A DNA stretch of 56,335 nt, filler included, from Sphacelaria rigidula (GCA_964200075.2; 7 parts of 7 records of this genome joined end to end with filler, not necessarily neighbours in it), one strand, 5' to 3'; numbered from the whole stretch's first letter, positions 24,189 through 37,149 are shown. The notes: generated by a model from the letters alone, not told the origin. Translations and numbers: made by a program.

Positions 24189-24350
24189 CCTAGCTTACGC
24201 GGGTGAGTGGCGTGTTTCACAGCGTCATCGCCAACCGACGCCAACCCCATCGGGGGTCCGCCCCTACAAAGCCGGGACGGAGCACGCCGGGTTCTCGCCG
24301 GACTAGGCTAAAGCTTGCAACCAGGGGGGGGGCGTACTCATTTGTTCCTT
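24189..24350. repeat. Dispersed repeat family F
   Basis: CCTAGCTTACGCGGGTGAGTGGCGTGTTT recurs inverted at about 27280-27335. CCCTACAAAGCCGGGA..GCACGCCGGGTT recurs at about 11857-11905. GGGGCGTACTCATTT recurs inverted at 16127. Confidence 0.6.
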
Positions 24351-26276
24351 ACCTTGGTCGTTTGAGCATTGACCACGCATCCCTTTCGAAACGGAGCTTG
24401 CGACAAGGGGGGGGGGCCGAATATTCTTTCAGAGACATAACCCCGAAACCTTCAAATCGGCAGAAAACGGGGGGCGGGGGCGGGGGGAATGCTATGCATG
24501 ACACCCTGTCATTATTCACCATATCGCAGTTTTACCAGCTTGTTATCCAGGAGATCATGAAAACAATTTGCCCAGGCGCTGCCGGACTTGAAAGAAATCG
24601 GTATTTGGTTTGGATATAACTGTGGTAACTCCTTATTTTCCCGGAAAAAAACAGTGGTGCTAGGCGCTTGCCTGGACTGCGAGCTATTCGCATTTGGATG
24701 AAAATAGCCGTGAGAAGTTGTTATCTGAGCTGGAAGTAACTGTGAGGAACCCATATTTTGCCTGAACAAATTAGGTGGAGGGGAGAAGGAAAGGGAGGGG
24801 GTATGACTTCTGCAAGAAACGTTATAGCCCCCTTTGCGTCAACAGAAGCAACTGGAAAACACGATTCGCAAAGCATCAAAGTTACCTATCGATCGACGCT
24901 CTTAGAATCCATGTATTTCTCTCGTGTTCCTCAACCCTCAATCTACACACGATGATACTGCACCTCTATGTTCGATTGCGAGGTCCTGTATTTCTCTTGG
25001 TTTTTGCCACAAGCACAAGCACAATCAAATCTTGCCGCGAAAACATGAAAATCGCTTTCTTTCAGTGTAGTACGGAAGGACTGTTCAATGCCCTCGACCG
25101 CGGATCGGAATGTAGCTTTTGCGTGTTTTTCTCCAATTGTACCGACTGCGACACAGGCGTTTCATTGTTGAAGACGAATAACACGAGGCAACAAATGAAA
25201 AAGCACGGGGTCCAAAACCCTGTTCGTTGCATCCTTTGGACAACATGCGTATCCCCAAGCCATAGTTGATAGCAGATGCGGGGGCATATGGGAGTTTTCT
25301 CTCTGCACTAAGCACTAAGCATCAAGGCATTTGTACTTGATGGTACGCACGGCATGGTACAGTGTGGGTTATCTACGGTACGCACGGTACGGTACGAGGG
25401 AATCGCGTTCCATCATTTCACGGTAATGCAATCGTGATGTTGCGATACGGTGCTGGATGTCACAACATTATTCCGGACAGCGGGTAAGTTTTCATATACC
25501 GCAATGAAGCGCGGTTGTAGTACCGCGGGAGAAGGTCCTAGGATAGCACTGGTATTTGCTCGCCGGCGGGTGTACGTGCTGTAGGCGCGACTCGTGCGGG
25601 TGTAGATCGATGGTTTTTGGATTCTAGGCCTGAGGTTTGTGAAATTGTTCGCCCCGTCCTAACCGATCAAGTGAACAGGACGAGCACAAGTCGGCACACA
25701 CACGGGCAACGCGAATGAAAGCGCAGCGGTGATGCGGTGATCTTGTTCTCCTATCTTACCCCCGTGTACCCCCGTGGTGGGTAGCGAAGGTGCGGTAGGG
25801 GTATCCATCGCCCGAACACTGCCACCACTGAGCCCGACAGTACTCACAGCTGGAAAAATGCGCAGAGGGAAAACAGGCGAACCCGCCTCGCTCAACCATG
25901 GCAAGATTTTCAGCACGCACGCTAGCACACTATGTTGGATCCTTTACTTTGCGTCACCTGTGCTGGGCGCCTATGCCCCCCTAGCGTCCATCCACGCCCA
26001 CAAAATCCATCCTCGAACTCGGGGGATTGTAAGTTTGCAAGTTCTCAGAACAAAATTACGAGGGCGTTTCAGCGGCGAACGCTTTGACCGCGAGGGTGCT
26101 TTATTTAGGTCCCAGTCATTTCGGAGTAAAGTTTTGCCGATTCAACATATAGAGGGCTGACGGTCTAAGCGTTGAAGACACTACACGCCGCGCCACGGAA
26201 CCGCACGAATCGCTACGTTTTGATGATGATGTATCATGATGATGTATCATGGTGATGTATCATGTAACCGCATCAG

Positions 26277-26375
26277 GGAAGCTGCTGAGCGCGCGCGGCA
26301 GGACAGTAACGGAGAGGACACGAGGGTCAAAAACGAGAATTGGCGGGCGAGAAGACGACGCCGTCGCGAGGAGAG
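26277..26375 (+). CDS. SDR gene, charged-insert exon
   Basis: CATCAG| ... AG|GTAACA, 99 nt, phase 2 at both ends. Reads EAAERARQDSNGEDTRVKNENWRARRRRRREE and joins the 28062 exon in frame. Confidence 0.6.
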
Positions 26376-28061
26376 GTAACATTGTCAAGAAGAAACACGA
26401 GTCGGTCAGTTGGTTACCGCCGGGTTACCTGCTAGTGTCATGGTGCCCTTTCGTCCCGTTGGTGCATGCAGACTAGTACATTTTCGTCCCCCTCGTACTC
26501 GGAATCATTGAATGCCAGCACACTGTTTTTGTAGATAGCCGAGTTTCCTACGTTGTCTCTTTTCACTGAATCATTGCAGCGATTGTCATACGAAATGGCT
26601 TTGCTCAATTGGTCAGAAGTTGAATGCTTTGTAGGTGGTCAGTTCGTTGCGCTCGGGGACTTGTTCCAGCAATTTGATCAAGAGATCCAAATCATCTTGT
26701 TCACGGACACCCTGGACTGCCGGTCGTCACACTGTCACACTATCCAGTTACTACAATACAGTGTTGTGGTGTCTGTCATGACGATGCTAACTGTTCGCCC
26801 ATTTTCTGATGGTCATCTAGACAGACAACAACGCTTCATTTTCTCTGATTTTTTTGGTACTTCCACCCCTATAGTGATGCATGTTTTGTTTTTGTCAGTC
26901 ATCCGGAGGTCTGGAATTGTTCAAAACCTCATGTATCACAGCGGTATGCTAACATATATATCGTATATAATTTATGTTATGGTCACTGTACTTGCTTCTT
27001 GCTATGTCATGTACTGCACTCAATAATGTTGAAGGTATGCTCTGTCTCTCTGCCTCTCTGTCTCTTTGTCTCCCTGTGTTGGAGGCGCGTGATCCCCGTG
27101 GTGGGCCATGTCTGCGGTCTGCAGGTTCGGGCAAGCGATACCTTTCTTGATCTCTTGGGCCGCGCTACTGCTACTACTGGTTACCATGCTTGAACACTCC
27201 GCACACAACATATGTTTACATGAGATTATGACATAATTAAGGCCCCTATTTCACCCCCGCCCCCTCCCCATTTTGAGGGGTGGTGTCGTTTGGCAACGGC
27301 GCTGTAAAACACGCCACTCACTGCGTGAGCTAGGCAACCAGGTGACCGTTTTTTTCGCTTGCGTTTTTTTGTAGTAGCCATGATGGTGGTCGGATTAAAT
27401 TGTGCGTGGTGGAAAAAACTCAACTCCGCGTAACGGGGATGATTATACTACGTGGCGTTTATATGGTGAGGCACCCATGAGGCAGTGTGTAACTCGTGGC
27501 TGTCCCTGGAAGTGGCAGTGCCAGAAAATGAAGCAACTCATTCGACGCTGTCATTTATTCATATGCAGGCTAATCAGTACGCTTCGGGCCGAACAATCTT
27601 AGCAAGATGCAGCTCACTCTTGATGCGACTCGCCGAACCCATCACGGCACTTCGCGCTTGGTGATTGCGAGCCTGATCCGGGGGATCCGAGTTCAATGGT
27701 CGAATGAGGATGGCATGCAAGATCATGAGTACACGCCCCCTTCACCTCCTCGTGAGGATTCGGTAGTCGCAATAGATTAATTCATCTCTCCCTCGGTACT
27801 TGCCGTGCGCGTCACCATCTAGCATTGGATGATAACCACTGTTTTCATCCAGCAAGTTTAATTGAACACTGATATTTTTGCCGATTAAAAATCGTTCTGT
27901 ATTATTGTGGGCGACGAAAAACAGGAAACAGCGAGAAACAAGAAGCCTAGAGTTGGGACCCGACCCCATAGCGCCAGCCCAACTAGCGTTCACATAGTGT
28001 GTGATACACCAGTTTGACCCAGCTTGTTTCGTGCCATGTTTGCTACGTTGGTTCCTGGCAG

Positions 28062-28329
28062 GGAGGAAAAAAAGCGATTACGTGAAGAGAGCACCGACGA
28101 ACCCCTGGGCGAGAAAAACAGCAACAACCAGTCGTTGTCTGACGGTAACAGCAACGACCAAAACACCGACGGAAGTATGGCAGAGGGGATTTGGGGGGAG
28201 CACACGGCGCAGGATGAGGCAATCTCTGTCACCTCCCCACCATCGCCTGCCTTGGCTGATGCTGTCACGGTGCGATGGTTGCAGGCTGACCTGTCCAATA
28301 GCACCGCGCCTGCAGCTGTTCACAACGAG
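28062..28329 (+). CDS. Short-chain dehydrogenase/reductase exon
   Basis: GGCAG| acceptor and GAG|GTGCGA donor. Ends VTVRWLQADLSNSTAPAAVHNE (SDR 'ADLS' segment). Confidence 0.8.
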
Positions 28330-28830
28330 GTGCGAGGAGCCTGTGATTACATTAATTCTTGAATTCAATGAGTGTCGTGCGCATGTGTACAGCGTCTCCG
28401 GAGTTGTGGGTCGGAAGGAACTGAATGCCCACACCTTAGGAAGTAGTCTGCACATTTGTCTTGTGTCAGAAGCCTAAGCTTCGCAAAACAAGTTGCGCGT
28501 CCACCGAGGTTAGGCGTTTTTACAAAGTACAGCTGAAGCCGTTGACCTCCGTAGCCGCGCCCCGACGCTATTGCTGTTGTACAAAACACGGGTCGTTCCG
28601 ATCAGCCATTTTAGTGCTGAGAAATTTGATCCTGGTGGTGACGAAGACGACCGTCATACCAATGCACCCTTGACCTGGCGGTGTAGATGTTGCTTGGCAG
28701 GTCGAAACTACAAACTGTTTGCGCAAAATGCGGCAATTATGTTTTCTCGAATATATATGCGTAGCTTGGATGCCTGACAATACGTCACATGCCCTGGACC
28801 TCGGTGCACCTGATGTATGCCGACGCCTCC

Positions 28831-29189
28831 TGTGTGTGTTGTGTGTGTGATGTGTTGTCATCCCATCTATTCTGGACGCCGGTCTACACCTTTCGATATA
28901 TGTGGGCACATCAACCGAGGTCACACAGGAGGAAGGCCTACGCAGAAGTCTTTTTTTTTTTTTTTCCTCCACCTTCCTCCTGCGGTGCTCGCCTTTATTT
29001 ATTTTCGCGAGAAAGGTTCAGTAGTCCCTTTCCCTTGTCGACTGTTGAGTCGAATTTTGTGTACCCACGACATAGTCTCTCCACTATTGGGCATGGTCTG
29101 AGAAAAAATCGTAGATCGCTCCGAGATTAGAGCTCACGACCCAACCGTCAGAAGGTTTCGAGCTTACCGTTTGAGCCGCCCGGGCGACC
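28831..29189 (-). mobile_element. SINE family A, near full-length intronic copy
   Basis: Colinear with 21775-22138, with degenerate A/B boxes and a (CA)n tail on the minus strand. Confidence 0.85.
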
Positions 29190-29462
29190 ATGGACCATTT
29201 CCTTCTCCGCGATCAGTACATGCCAGTGTGCTTACGGAGAAAAAGTGGAAGGGAAATATGTTTTGTACGAGGCGCTGGTGCGGGTACACTGAAGCGTAGT
29301 TAGTCGTGTGCAAACATGGAAATCATTTTGCTCAACTATTGTCCTGTCTGGAACGTTTTTTTCCCTCGTTGCTAGCCGACGATGCAAGTGCAGCAATACG
29401 TTGCTGATATTGTGGCACGTGAACCTTCGGCTGCTGGTCCTGATTGCCACGCGGCCATTTAG

Positions 29463-29616
29463 GTGAATCGGCTGAATATCACGGTGGAGATCCTTGTGAA
29501 TGCTGCTGGAATATGTCGCTCAGGACGCGTGGAGACTTTGGAATCCGAAGACCTGGAGGCACAGCTCAACCTCAATGTCGTCGGCACAACCCTACTGACG
29601 CGCCTGTTCGCTAAAG
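29463..29616 (+). CDS. Short-chain dehydrogenase/reductase exon
   Basis: TTTAG|VNRLNITVEILVNAAGICRSG...LNLNVVGTTLLTRLFAK, G|GTATAC. Contains an NNAG-type motif and the helix-E Asn. Missing from the ORF track. Confidence 0.9.
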
Positions 29617-30914
29617 GTATACGTGCACAGTGACGCAGACAGAATGACATGTACGGTGGATAGATACAAAGGCTGCATTGAACGAAAATGAGACCAGGGG
29701 TGATGATGCTAGTGATGCCGTCGTACGTGTCACGTCAGCAACGTATGTCACAATACTGATAACTAGTGGCCTAGAGAGTTTTAGTAGTCGTCTCACACGC
29801 GCCTTGACAAATGATGACACAATTGCTGTACGTGATGACACATAAATATCAAGTGCTGTAGGGCACACGAGTCTCCTCAGTCCCTCTTTTGCCGAAGGTC
29901 CTAGAAAGCTGTGGTCGAGAGAGGTAGGCGGACGAACCGACAGAGATACAGACAACGGCAAGGTCGTTATGACTTTAGTACATCGACGCCGCCGCAGTAT
30001 GTGGGCTTGTTCATATACGAGGGGTGCAGTGTGGGACTATTTTTAATAAGTTTTCAGACACCCAGTGCTGTAGCGCGGGTCGAATGCATCACGTGTAGCT
30101 GTTTTAGACTCGTTTTTCACCACGCCTCCTCTTGCACTTCAATACGGACGATCATACACGTGTAGTGAGTGCTGACGGCTCAATCGGGCAATTTATCATG
30201 ATCCGGTCTGCGAAGTTGCCAGTATTGGATTGAACAATATCTGCTCACCGTGATGCGTGTTTTGTGGTGGTTGCACGCCAGCTGTGTCAACCTCGTATTG
30301 CAGCCTCCGAGAGTGCATGTGGTGTATGATGTGTGTGTGCGCGTGATTTACGAGGCAATAAATGATCATCCGGTACACTATCCGGTACTGTACACTAGCT
30401 GCTGTACTGTACACTAGCTGCTGTGGCTGTGATGCGCAAGTCCGCCGCATGCGTGAACTGCCGCGGGACCTTCGATGCGTTCAGTTGTGACGACATGACG
30501 ACACTGTGTTTCAGTACTTGCGAGCCTGCATCGAATGATTACTGGTGACTTTTCCCCCATGTTTGGTGCCGCTTGTGCCAACCTCAGGTGCGATGCATCG
30601 ATGCATCATTTTTCTTGACATGCATAAGCGGACAGGAGAGATCAAATACTAATACTTCGTAGTGTACACTCTGTCCCGTAGTTGTTGCCTCGTCCCAGAA
30701 AACCATCTAGAACGTTCTGCGCTTCTGCGTCGTTCTACTCTCCATGAAAAAGCGTCCTGGCTGCTCTCTTCGGTTTGCCACGAGCGCTGCACCGTGTTCA
30801 CCACGGCATCGTGGAGTGGTGGCACACGGCACATGATACACGAAGTGCTCTGTATGTAGATGGCGTGTGTTTAAGGCTCAATACTGCAGAATTTGATGTG
30901 TCATGCATATGCAG

Positions 30915-31023
30915 ATTTCGCTCGGCGACGTAAGGGACGGATCATGATCGTATCTTCGGTGACAGCCGTGTCTCCCAACCCCACCGTCGCCGCCTACGCT
31001 GCAAGCAAGTCTTATCTCACCAG
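30915..31023 (+). CDS. Short-chain dehydrogenase/reductase catalytic exon
   Basis: TGCAG|(D)FARRRKGRIMIVSSVTAVSPNPTVAAYAASKSYLT, AG|GTATGT. Has the catalytic Ser and YxxxK, and its phase matches the previous exon. Confidence 0.92.
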
Positions 31024-32150
31024 GTATGTGCACTACTAATACTGTACTAGCTTATGCGACACCACGCGCTCCTCGCTGTCTGTCCTGCATCGTGCATGTG
31101 TCCTAGAGCATCGAGTAACGAGTAACGTTACCCAGTGGGTAAAGGTAGCCAGCACAAGAGGTTCTTGTCGTACATAACAATGTGTGCCCCCAGTAATGAG
31201 CGACAAGTATAAGATATTGCTCGCCGTCGTCTAGATATTGTTATTGAGGCCGGATGTTATGGCAACAGATTTTTGGCTCACAGGTTTTTGAATCCTGGTG
31301 AAATAAATCCGCGGCAAATTCGGGTTGGGAAACGATCTTATGGCAGCACACATATTTTCATCCCATATTGTTCTGATTTGTATACCTTCACCAGGGTTTC
31401 GAGTTTCATGTGTAGCGTGTTTCAGCAGCTCACAGTGCCGTAGGTGTCTCGTGTGTTGTGGTGTGCTGTAGTGATGCAGCGTCACTGTCGCAGGGAGGTC
31501 ATCACCACCCCCACTAACACCAGTGCCGGTTCTTTCGAGCACACAAGTAAGCGACCATGCCCCCCTCGTTGCTGCTAAAATTGAATCCTTCATCGGAGGA
31601 TAGCAGAACTACCCGCCAGACAGCGATAGTGCGCATCACATGTCTCCTCTCTCGACGTCTCTGCAATGCTTTTGCCAGGAGACCGACGAGCACGGCGTGT
31701 CGTTTTTTTGTCTCGTACGCGCGAAGCGGGTTCCATCGCGCGTTGGGTGCGGCGTGTGGTTGCTTCGTGTGTTGTTGGTTGTGGTCGACAGGATCACTCA
31801 CAAAGGCGCAGTCAGCACTCCGGTACATGAGAGAAAAACGCGGCGTGACCCGATATTGACGGTCTGCCGGCCAAAACGCCAAAATCCGTGTGCGAAAATC
31901 TGTGCTTGCCGACCCCCGCCAGCTTGCCCGAAAATGTGTGGGACTCGGGCCCCGATCTTGGCCGCGGATTATGTCACTCAAAAATTTGAATAATCTGTAC
32001 CCAAAAGATGGGTGTAAGGCCGGATGTTATGGCACACAGATTTTTGGCTCACGAATTGTTCACTTTTGGGATGTTTGAGCCATTTTTTGACTCCCAAACG
32101 GGGAAAACCACCAACACACCTCTCGGACACTTTGCATCACCCCACAGAGA

Positions 32151-32250
32151 NNNNNNNNNNNNNNNNNNNNNNNNNNNNNNNNNNNNNNNNNNNNTTAATT
32201 AATTAANNNNNNNNNNNNNNNNNNNNNNNNNNNNNNNNNNNNNNNNNNNN
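32151..32250. other. Artificial contig linker
   Basis: N44-TTAATTAATTAA-N44. Confidence 0.98.
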
Positions 32251-32416
32251 GTACGAAGGTATCTGTCTTTACTGGACAGTGTCGGTTACATGCGGTGGGA
32301 TTTGATAATATAGTAGGCGTATATCTTGTACTTCCGTACGTGATGTCTGGCTGCTATATTATCAAATCCCACCGCATGTAACTGACACTGTCGAGTAAAG
32401 ACAGATACCTTCGTAC
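32251..32416. repeat. Inverted repeat with 66-bp arms and a 34-nt spacer
   Basis: 32251-32316 versus 32351-32416: 63 of 66 Watson-Crick matches. Confidence 0.92.
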
Positions 32417-32689
32417 CGTGGTTTGGGGCTTATAGAACTCACATAAACTATCGGGTAGGGTATGAAGGTTGCAAAGAAAGCCTTACCCGCAATCGGGTAT
32501 CTTATCGAGAGCGTACCCGTGCCCCCCGGTAACGGTACGGGAATCTTACAGAGATTACAGAACTGCCGGGTACCGACATGAAAGTGTTTACAAAAGTCAC
32601 AGAACCGTCGGGTACGGTAAATACCCGGCAAAATACCCCGACATACAAAACACTGTACCCGACAGAACACAACCTTGAATATTTCCTAT

Positions 32690-35450
32690 CTGAAGCGGAA
32701 GGAAGGTATGTCGGAGAAGTCGCTGGTGTCTCCGCCACAGGCGTCAGTGATACCAGATCCACTACCACTTCCACCGCGGCAGGTGCCCCACCCGGGGATA
32801 TGAAGCCACAGTATCACTTGGCACCCAACAACCCGATGAATAGCTTGCGACGGGACGCAGAAGGTGCATGCTCGACATGCACACGCACACATGAAATAGA
32901 ATTAAGTCGAGCTGGATGTGTGCTCACAGGCAATGCTGCGGTAAGGGTGCCCTTTCGGCGCAAACTCTCGTCTTTATCAGGGGCTCCTGATGATTCTAGG
33001 CGCGCAAGAATATGGGTCAGGGTATTCCCATTTGCGAATTTGCGCCTGGCTTCAGACACCGGTGAACCTCCCCCCCCCCCAATATGGTCTCCATAGGCGA
33101 AAAAGCACGCAGATGCTACCACACGATGGGATGAAAACTTCAAGCGCTGATTGCTGCCCTGCATTAATCATATCATCAATGAAATTTACCGGTTCCACAT
33201 GAAATACCGTGTTTACTCAATGCGTCACCAAACACGCCCGTGTCACGTTGCAAGGATTGTCTACAAACGCAGACGATGTCTGGTTCTTAAGACCAGAGAG
33301 TCGGGTCCTTAGCCAAAACCTCCCCCCCTCCCATGAAAGTGCGAGGGACATTCCCCATGCTGATTGCCGTCCCAGGATTTTAACGATCACGAATACACTT
33401 TTCACATCAATTCCGCTGGGTATCTCCCATCGCCATCAAACAGGCATGCATCATGTAGTCTGTCTCAAACCAAGCCGCAGTCAACGCCTCAGTTCAGAAA
33501 GCGGAAAAAACCGCAATGTTCGTGGCCTACAGTTGTTCTCCCAACCACCCTCTTCTGCGTACGCAATTGCTCCTACCAGCAACGTTGCTGCCCTGAGCGG
33601 TGGTATTTCAGCACAACGATTCCCGCGATTATCCCGCATATGTTTAAACCGCCGGGCCCGCTGACCGGTACCCCTCCTTTCCGATCTTGATTCTCTTCTC
33701 CCGGACATACCGGCGGACGCGACTCCTTCGTTTTCCTTCCTCCCAGGTGCAAAAATCGAGGCGAAATCAGTCACATTCCAGAAAGACAACGAAGACCCCA
33801 CGCCACTGACGATGCCCATCCCTGTGATTTTCTGTGAGCAGTTGGAATCAATCATGGACGGGGGAGATGGTGTAGTACGCATTACAGTGGCGTAGAAAAC
33901 GACTCAGTGGTGAGATGGTCATTACATGGTGCTTCTTTTGCTGCACGCCTCTAGCAAACGGGAATGTTTGTGACACTGTCGTCTCGACTACTACATGTAT
34001 GCTTCCGTGACGACGGATATCAATGAAGAAACGGGGGGTATTCGTGCGCATCACCCAACGCGGAAGGAAATTTCATCACATCGTGCCATAGGGGGAGCGC
34101 ACGAAAAAATATAGAAATGTGGAGGTAGGCGCATATTCTGCGTTTTGCGGCATAACGCTCTCTTGTTTTCTACTCCACAAAGCTATGGATATCTTCAGCA
34201 TCGGACAGCAACTGTGGTATGCATAACCGTTGACCATATAACGGAGGTTCGGATGTCGTCAATAATGCCGGTAGGAACCCATGCACCGCCGCGAAGAGCA
34301 GGCGAGGGCGAAATCAAAAGAAGGCATCTCCGCCGCCGGCCACCGTTGCCAGGGACGGCAGCGGCAACAAAGGGGATCACAGCGAGGGCGTCGGCGATGC
34401 CGAAGACGACAGGGGCGGACACGCCCGCGATATCGTGTGCGAGCGGACCACAGGTGACTTGGGACTCGGAGTGGTGAACGCCAGTCGTACTCGTGCCCAT
34501 AGCCACGACGTGACAAAACACGAGATCTTACAAATTGGGGATGGATGTTTTGGGGGGGATGAGAAACCCAGAGCATTAACGTCTTCGTATACACACGAAA
34601 TCTTCGAAATATGGTACCATTTCTTCACCTACTGATAGATGTTGACAACTGCTATACGCCATGGAAATTGAGATTTCGATCAACGAAATGTTAGGGTCCT
34701 AGGTGAAAAACCAAATTCGGAACCATTTTGGCGTCCGTTCGAACACCCGAAATTCCTCAAAATTGGTTTTCACCTAGAACCCCAACATTTCGGTGGTCGG
34801 AATCCAAATTTCTATGGCGTGTAGCAGTTGTCAATATCTATCCGTAGGTGAAGAAATGGTACCATATTTCGAAGATTTGGTGTGGATACGAAGACTTAAT
34901 TCTCCGGGTTTCTCATCCCATACAAAGGATCCATCCCCCATTTGTAATATTGTTACAGGTGGAGATACCGCTGGTAGGACAGATAGCGCCGATGCACGTC
35001 CAACCAAGAGGAATAAGAGGGACGGGGACGGATCAAGAGGCCATGGCGCCAAGAGAGCACGTCGACAAGCCCCCCCCTCCATCCGACACTCGGACGGTGA
35101 GTTTCTTAGATCCCGTGAGCAACGGCAGCGGAGACCGCTGCGGTATTAGCTCCTCTAGTAGCCCCTGTGGGGGCAGCGTCACCGCCTCAAACGAAAAGAA
35201 ACGCAAATACGATCGCGTGTATTCATCGGATAACAAAGTCTCGTCCTTTTCGGGTTCTGATCCGTCTCCCGGCGGAGATGCGGACGATAGGGCCGATGAT
35301 CTCACTGCCTGCACTCCCTATCATCGATCGGCACCCACCCCAACCACGCTGGAGGTCGACGACGACGACAGCGCCGGCAGGCCCACCATATAGCGTTTTC
35401 TCGACCGTCACGCCCGATCCTCATAACTCCGCCGATCCTCCTCAAGGGTG
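32690..35450 (+). pseudogene. Degenerate coding-like region of unknown family
   Basis: Protein-like plus-strand segments broken by isolated stops (e.g. DIPADATPSFSFLPGAKIEAKSVTFQKDNED, KKASPPPATVARDGSGNKGD), some with splice-like ends. Interrupted by a MITE. Confidence 0.35.
34517..34954. mobile_element. Foldback MITE family E, copy 2
   Basis: Colinear with 20502-20930, with long inverted arms. Flanked by ACAA and ACAG. Confidence 0.88.
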
Positions 35451-35559
35451 AGCATATGATACAGTGTGCGTGATTACTTAGTAGTGCAATCGTCGAACCA
35501 GCGTCAACCGTTCATTATATAGAAAAGGGAAACGGCCTCGCCACTCCCTTTTGTTTTGA

Positions 35560-36032
35560 ATTGGCGATGGCCGGACGATCGGCAACCGTGAAATAACGAC
35601 ACACATATCTGGTTTGTGAAATCAGGATCACATCACCTGCGGGATGTGAGCGGGTATCCACAACGTTCGACACCCGGTACGATAGCCCCCATTCCCAAAA
35701 AGCGGCTGGCTTGGGGAAGCAAAATATGCACGTTAAGGTAAATGAAAAAAAGCCAAACAAAGCGACAAGGAAGGAATCCCACGCTAGGCTTAGTATTCGC
35801 CAACATCGGCAGACACCAGGCGTCGTGTGACCGTTTATTTCGTGGAAGCGTGGGGCGGTGTCGCGGGGGGGGGCTAAAGTAGAAATTCTCGTTGCGGACG
35901 TACAAAATTACATCACCCGGTCCATGATTGGCGGTGGCCGGACTATCGGCAAGCGTAAGGCAACTGGGCACGTATCTGGTTTGTGAAATTGAGATCATGT
36001 CGTGGGCGAGATGTGCGCGCAGGTATCCACAA
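35560..36032 (+). repeat. Two diverged direct repeats of about 100 bp
   Basis: TTGGCG(A/G)TGGCCGGAC(G/T)ATCGGCAA...TATCTGGTTTGTGAAAT...GGTATCCACAA at about 35561-35662 and 35928-36031. Confidence 0.7.
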
Positions 36033-37149
36033 GTGATTTCCTGTGTTTCAAATGAGTACCTCTGGTCGCCAAAGCCGTGAACCTAAGTTGTAGGTGCTCT
36101 CCGTCGGCGTTCCGCAAAATGTACTGCAGTGTTCAGGCGGAGATTCAGGCTGCTCTACGGGAAGTTCAGGCGCAGATGTGTCACAATCGCATCTCAAATA
36201 GAGAAACCGACGTATGAAAGGCACTTCTTTCGGGCCTGCATGAGGGAGGTGACGACGGCGAAACGGAGAAGAGGCGCGAACATCCGCTGACCCGCAGCGT
36301 CGGCGTCAACAAATCCATTCAAAGGGGTGGATACGGCTTTCAGACGGCATATGTCCTTGCTCCACACTGGACCATGCCGCGAAAGAAGACGGGCGCATCG
36401 AAGCTGTCCGCTTCGGAATTTGGCCACGAGCTACCGAGTCGGTACATCTATTTCCCCGAACAAGGGGAGGGATCCCTACTTGGCTAGGTTCAAGATGAAG
36501 GGACGGCGTGGCGTCCTCAAAACCACTGAATCTGCGAGGACGTGGAGGAGCACCAATTAGATCTGGATACACGACGCACGACTCGGGGCGGTTGCGGGCG
36601 GACTACTGAGTAGAGGCTGGTGATGCCGCTGAAGCAGCCGGAAGGGATGCATGTTCTATTCGTACATATCTCGAGACAGACGCGCGATAGTTTTGCCTCC
36701 GCCGACACGTTTTTTGGCAAGCGTAGCGCCGCATGACGTCGCGTCTGGTCATATAACCTGCGCAGTAGGATCGTATCCCTAACAAGGTAAAACTCGAAGA
36801 CAAACGAAGCAAGGCGACCTTTTTTCCCCCACTTGACTTGAGTAGGTATCCCCTTGTTGTGATTGATTTCATTGTGTACGTGGGTTGAGCACCCGTGGGG
36901 GCCATTCCCCGTCATCTCTTGTGTCCTCATCACCATGGTATAGATACGTGGAGCCCTGCATGGGTTGACGGAAATGTATTCAGCGGTAGGTGTCCTTCAC
37001 GCATATCCATGGCGACGCCGACATTGTGATTTGTCTCCTACGAATATATTCAAGCATTACTTCTCCGTTGCAATTTTTATCGCCGTTGATAACTAACGTG
37101 AATTAAGGATAATGCCGTCGTTCCTGAGAACTGATTGGAGGGTGCAAAA

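Noticed and set aside
25774..25830. VVGSEGAVGVSIARTL as the missing SDR glycine-rich motif
   Set aside because: Does not fit TGxxxGxG well, and I found no splice sites joining it in phase to the 26277 exon.
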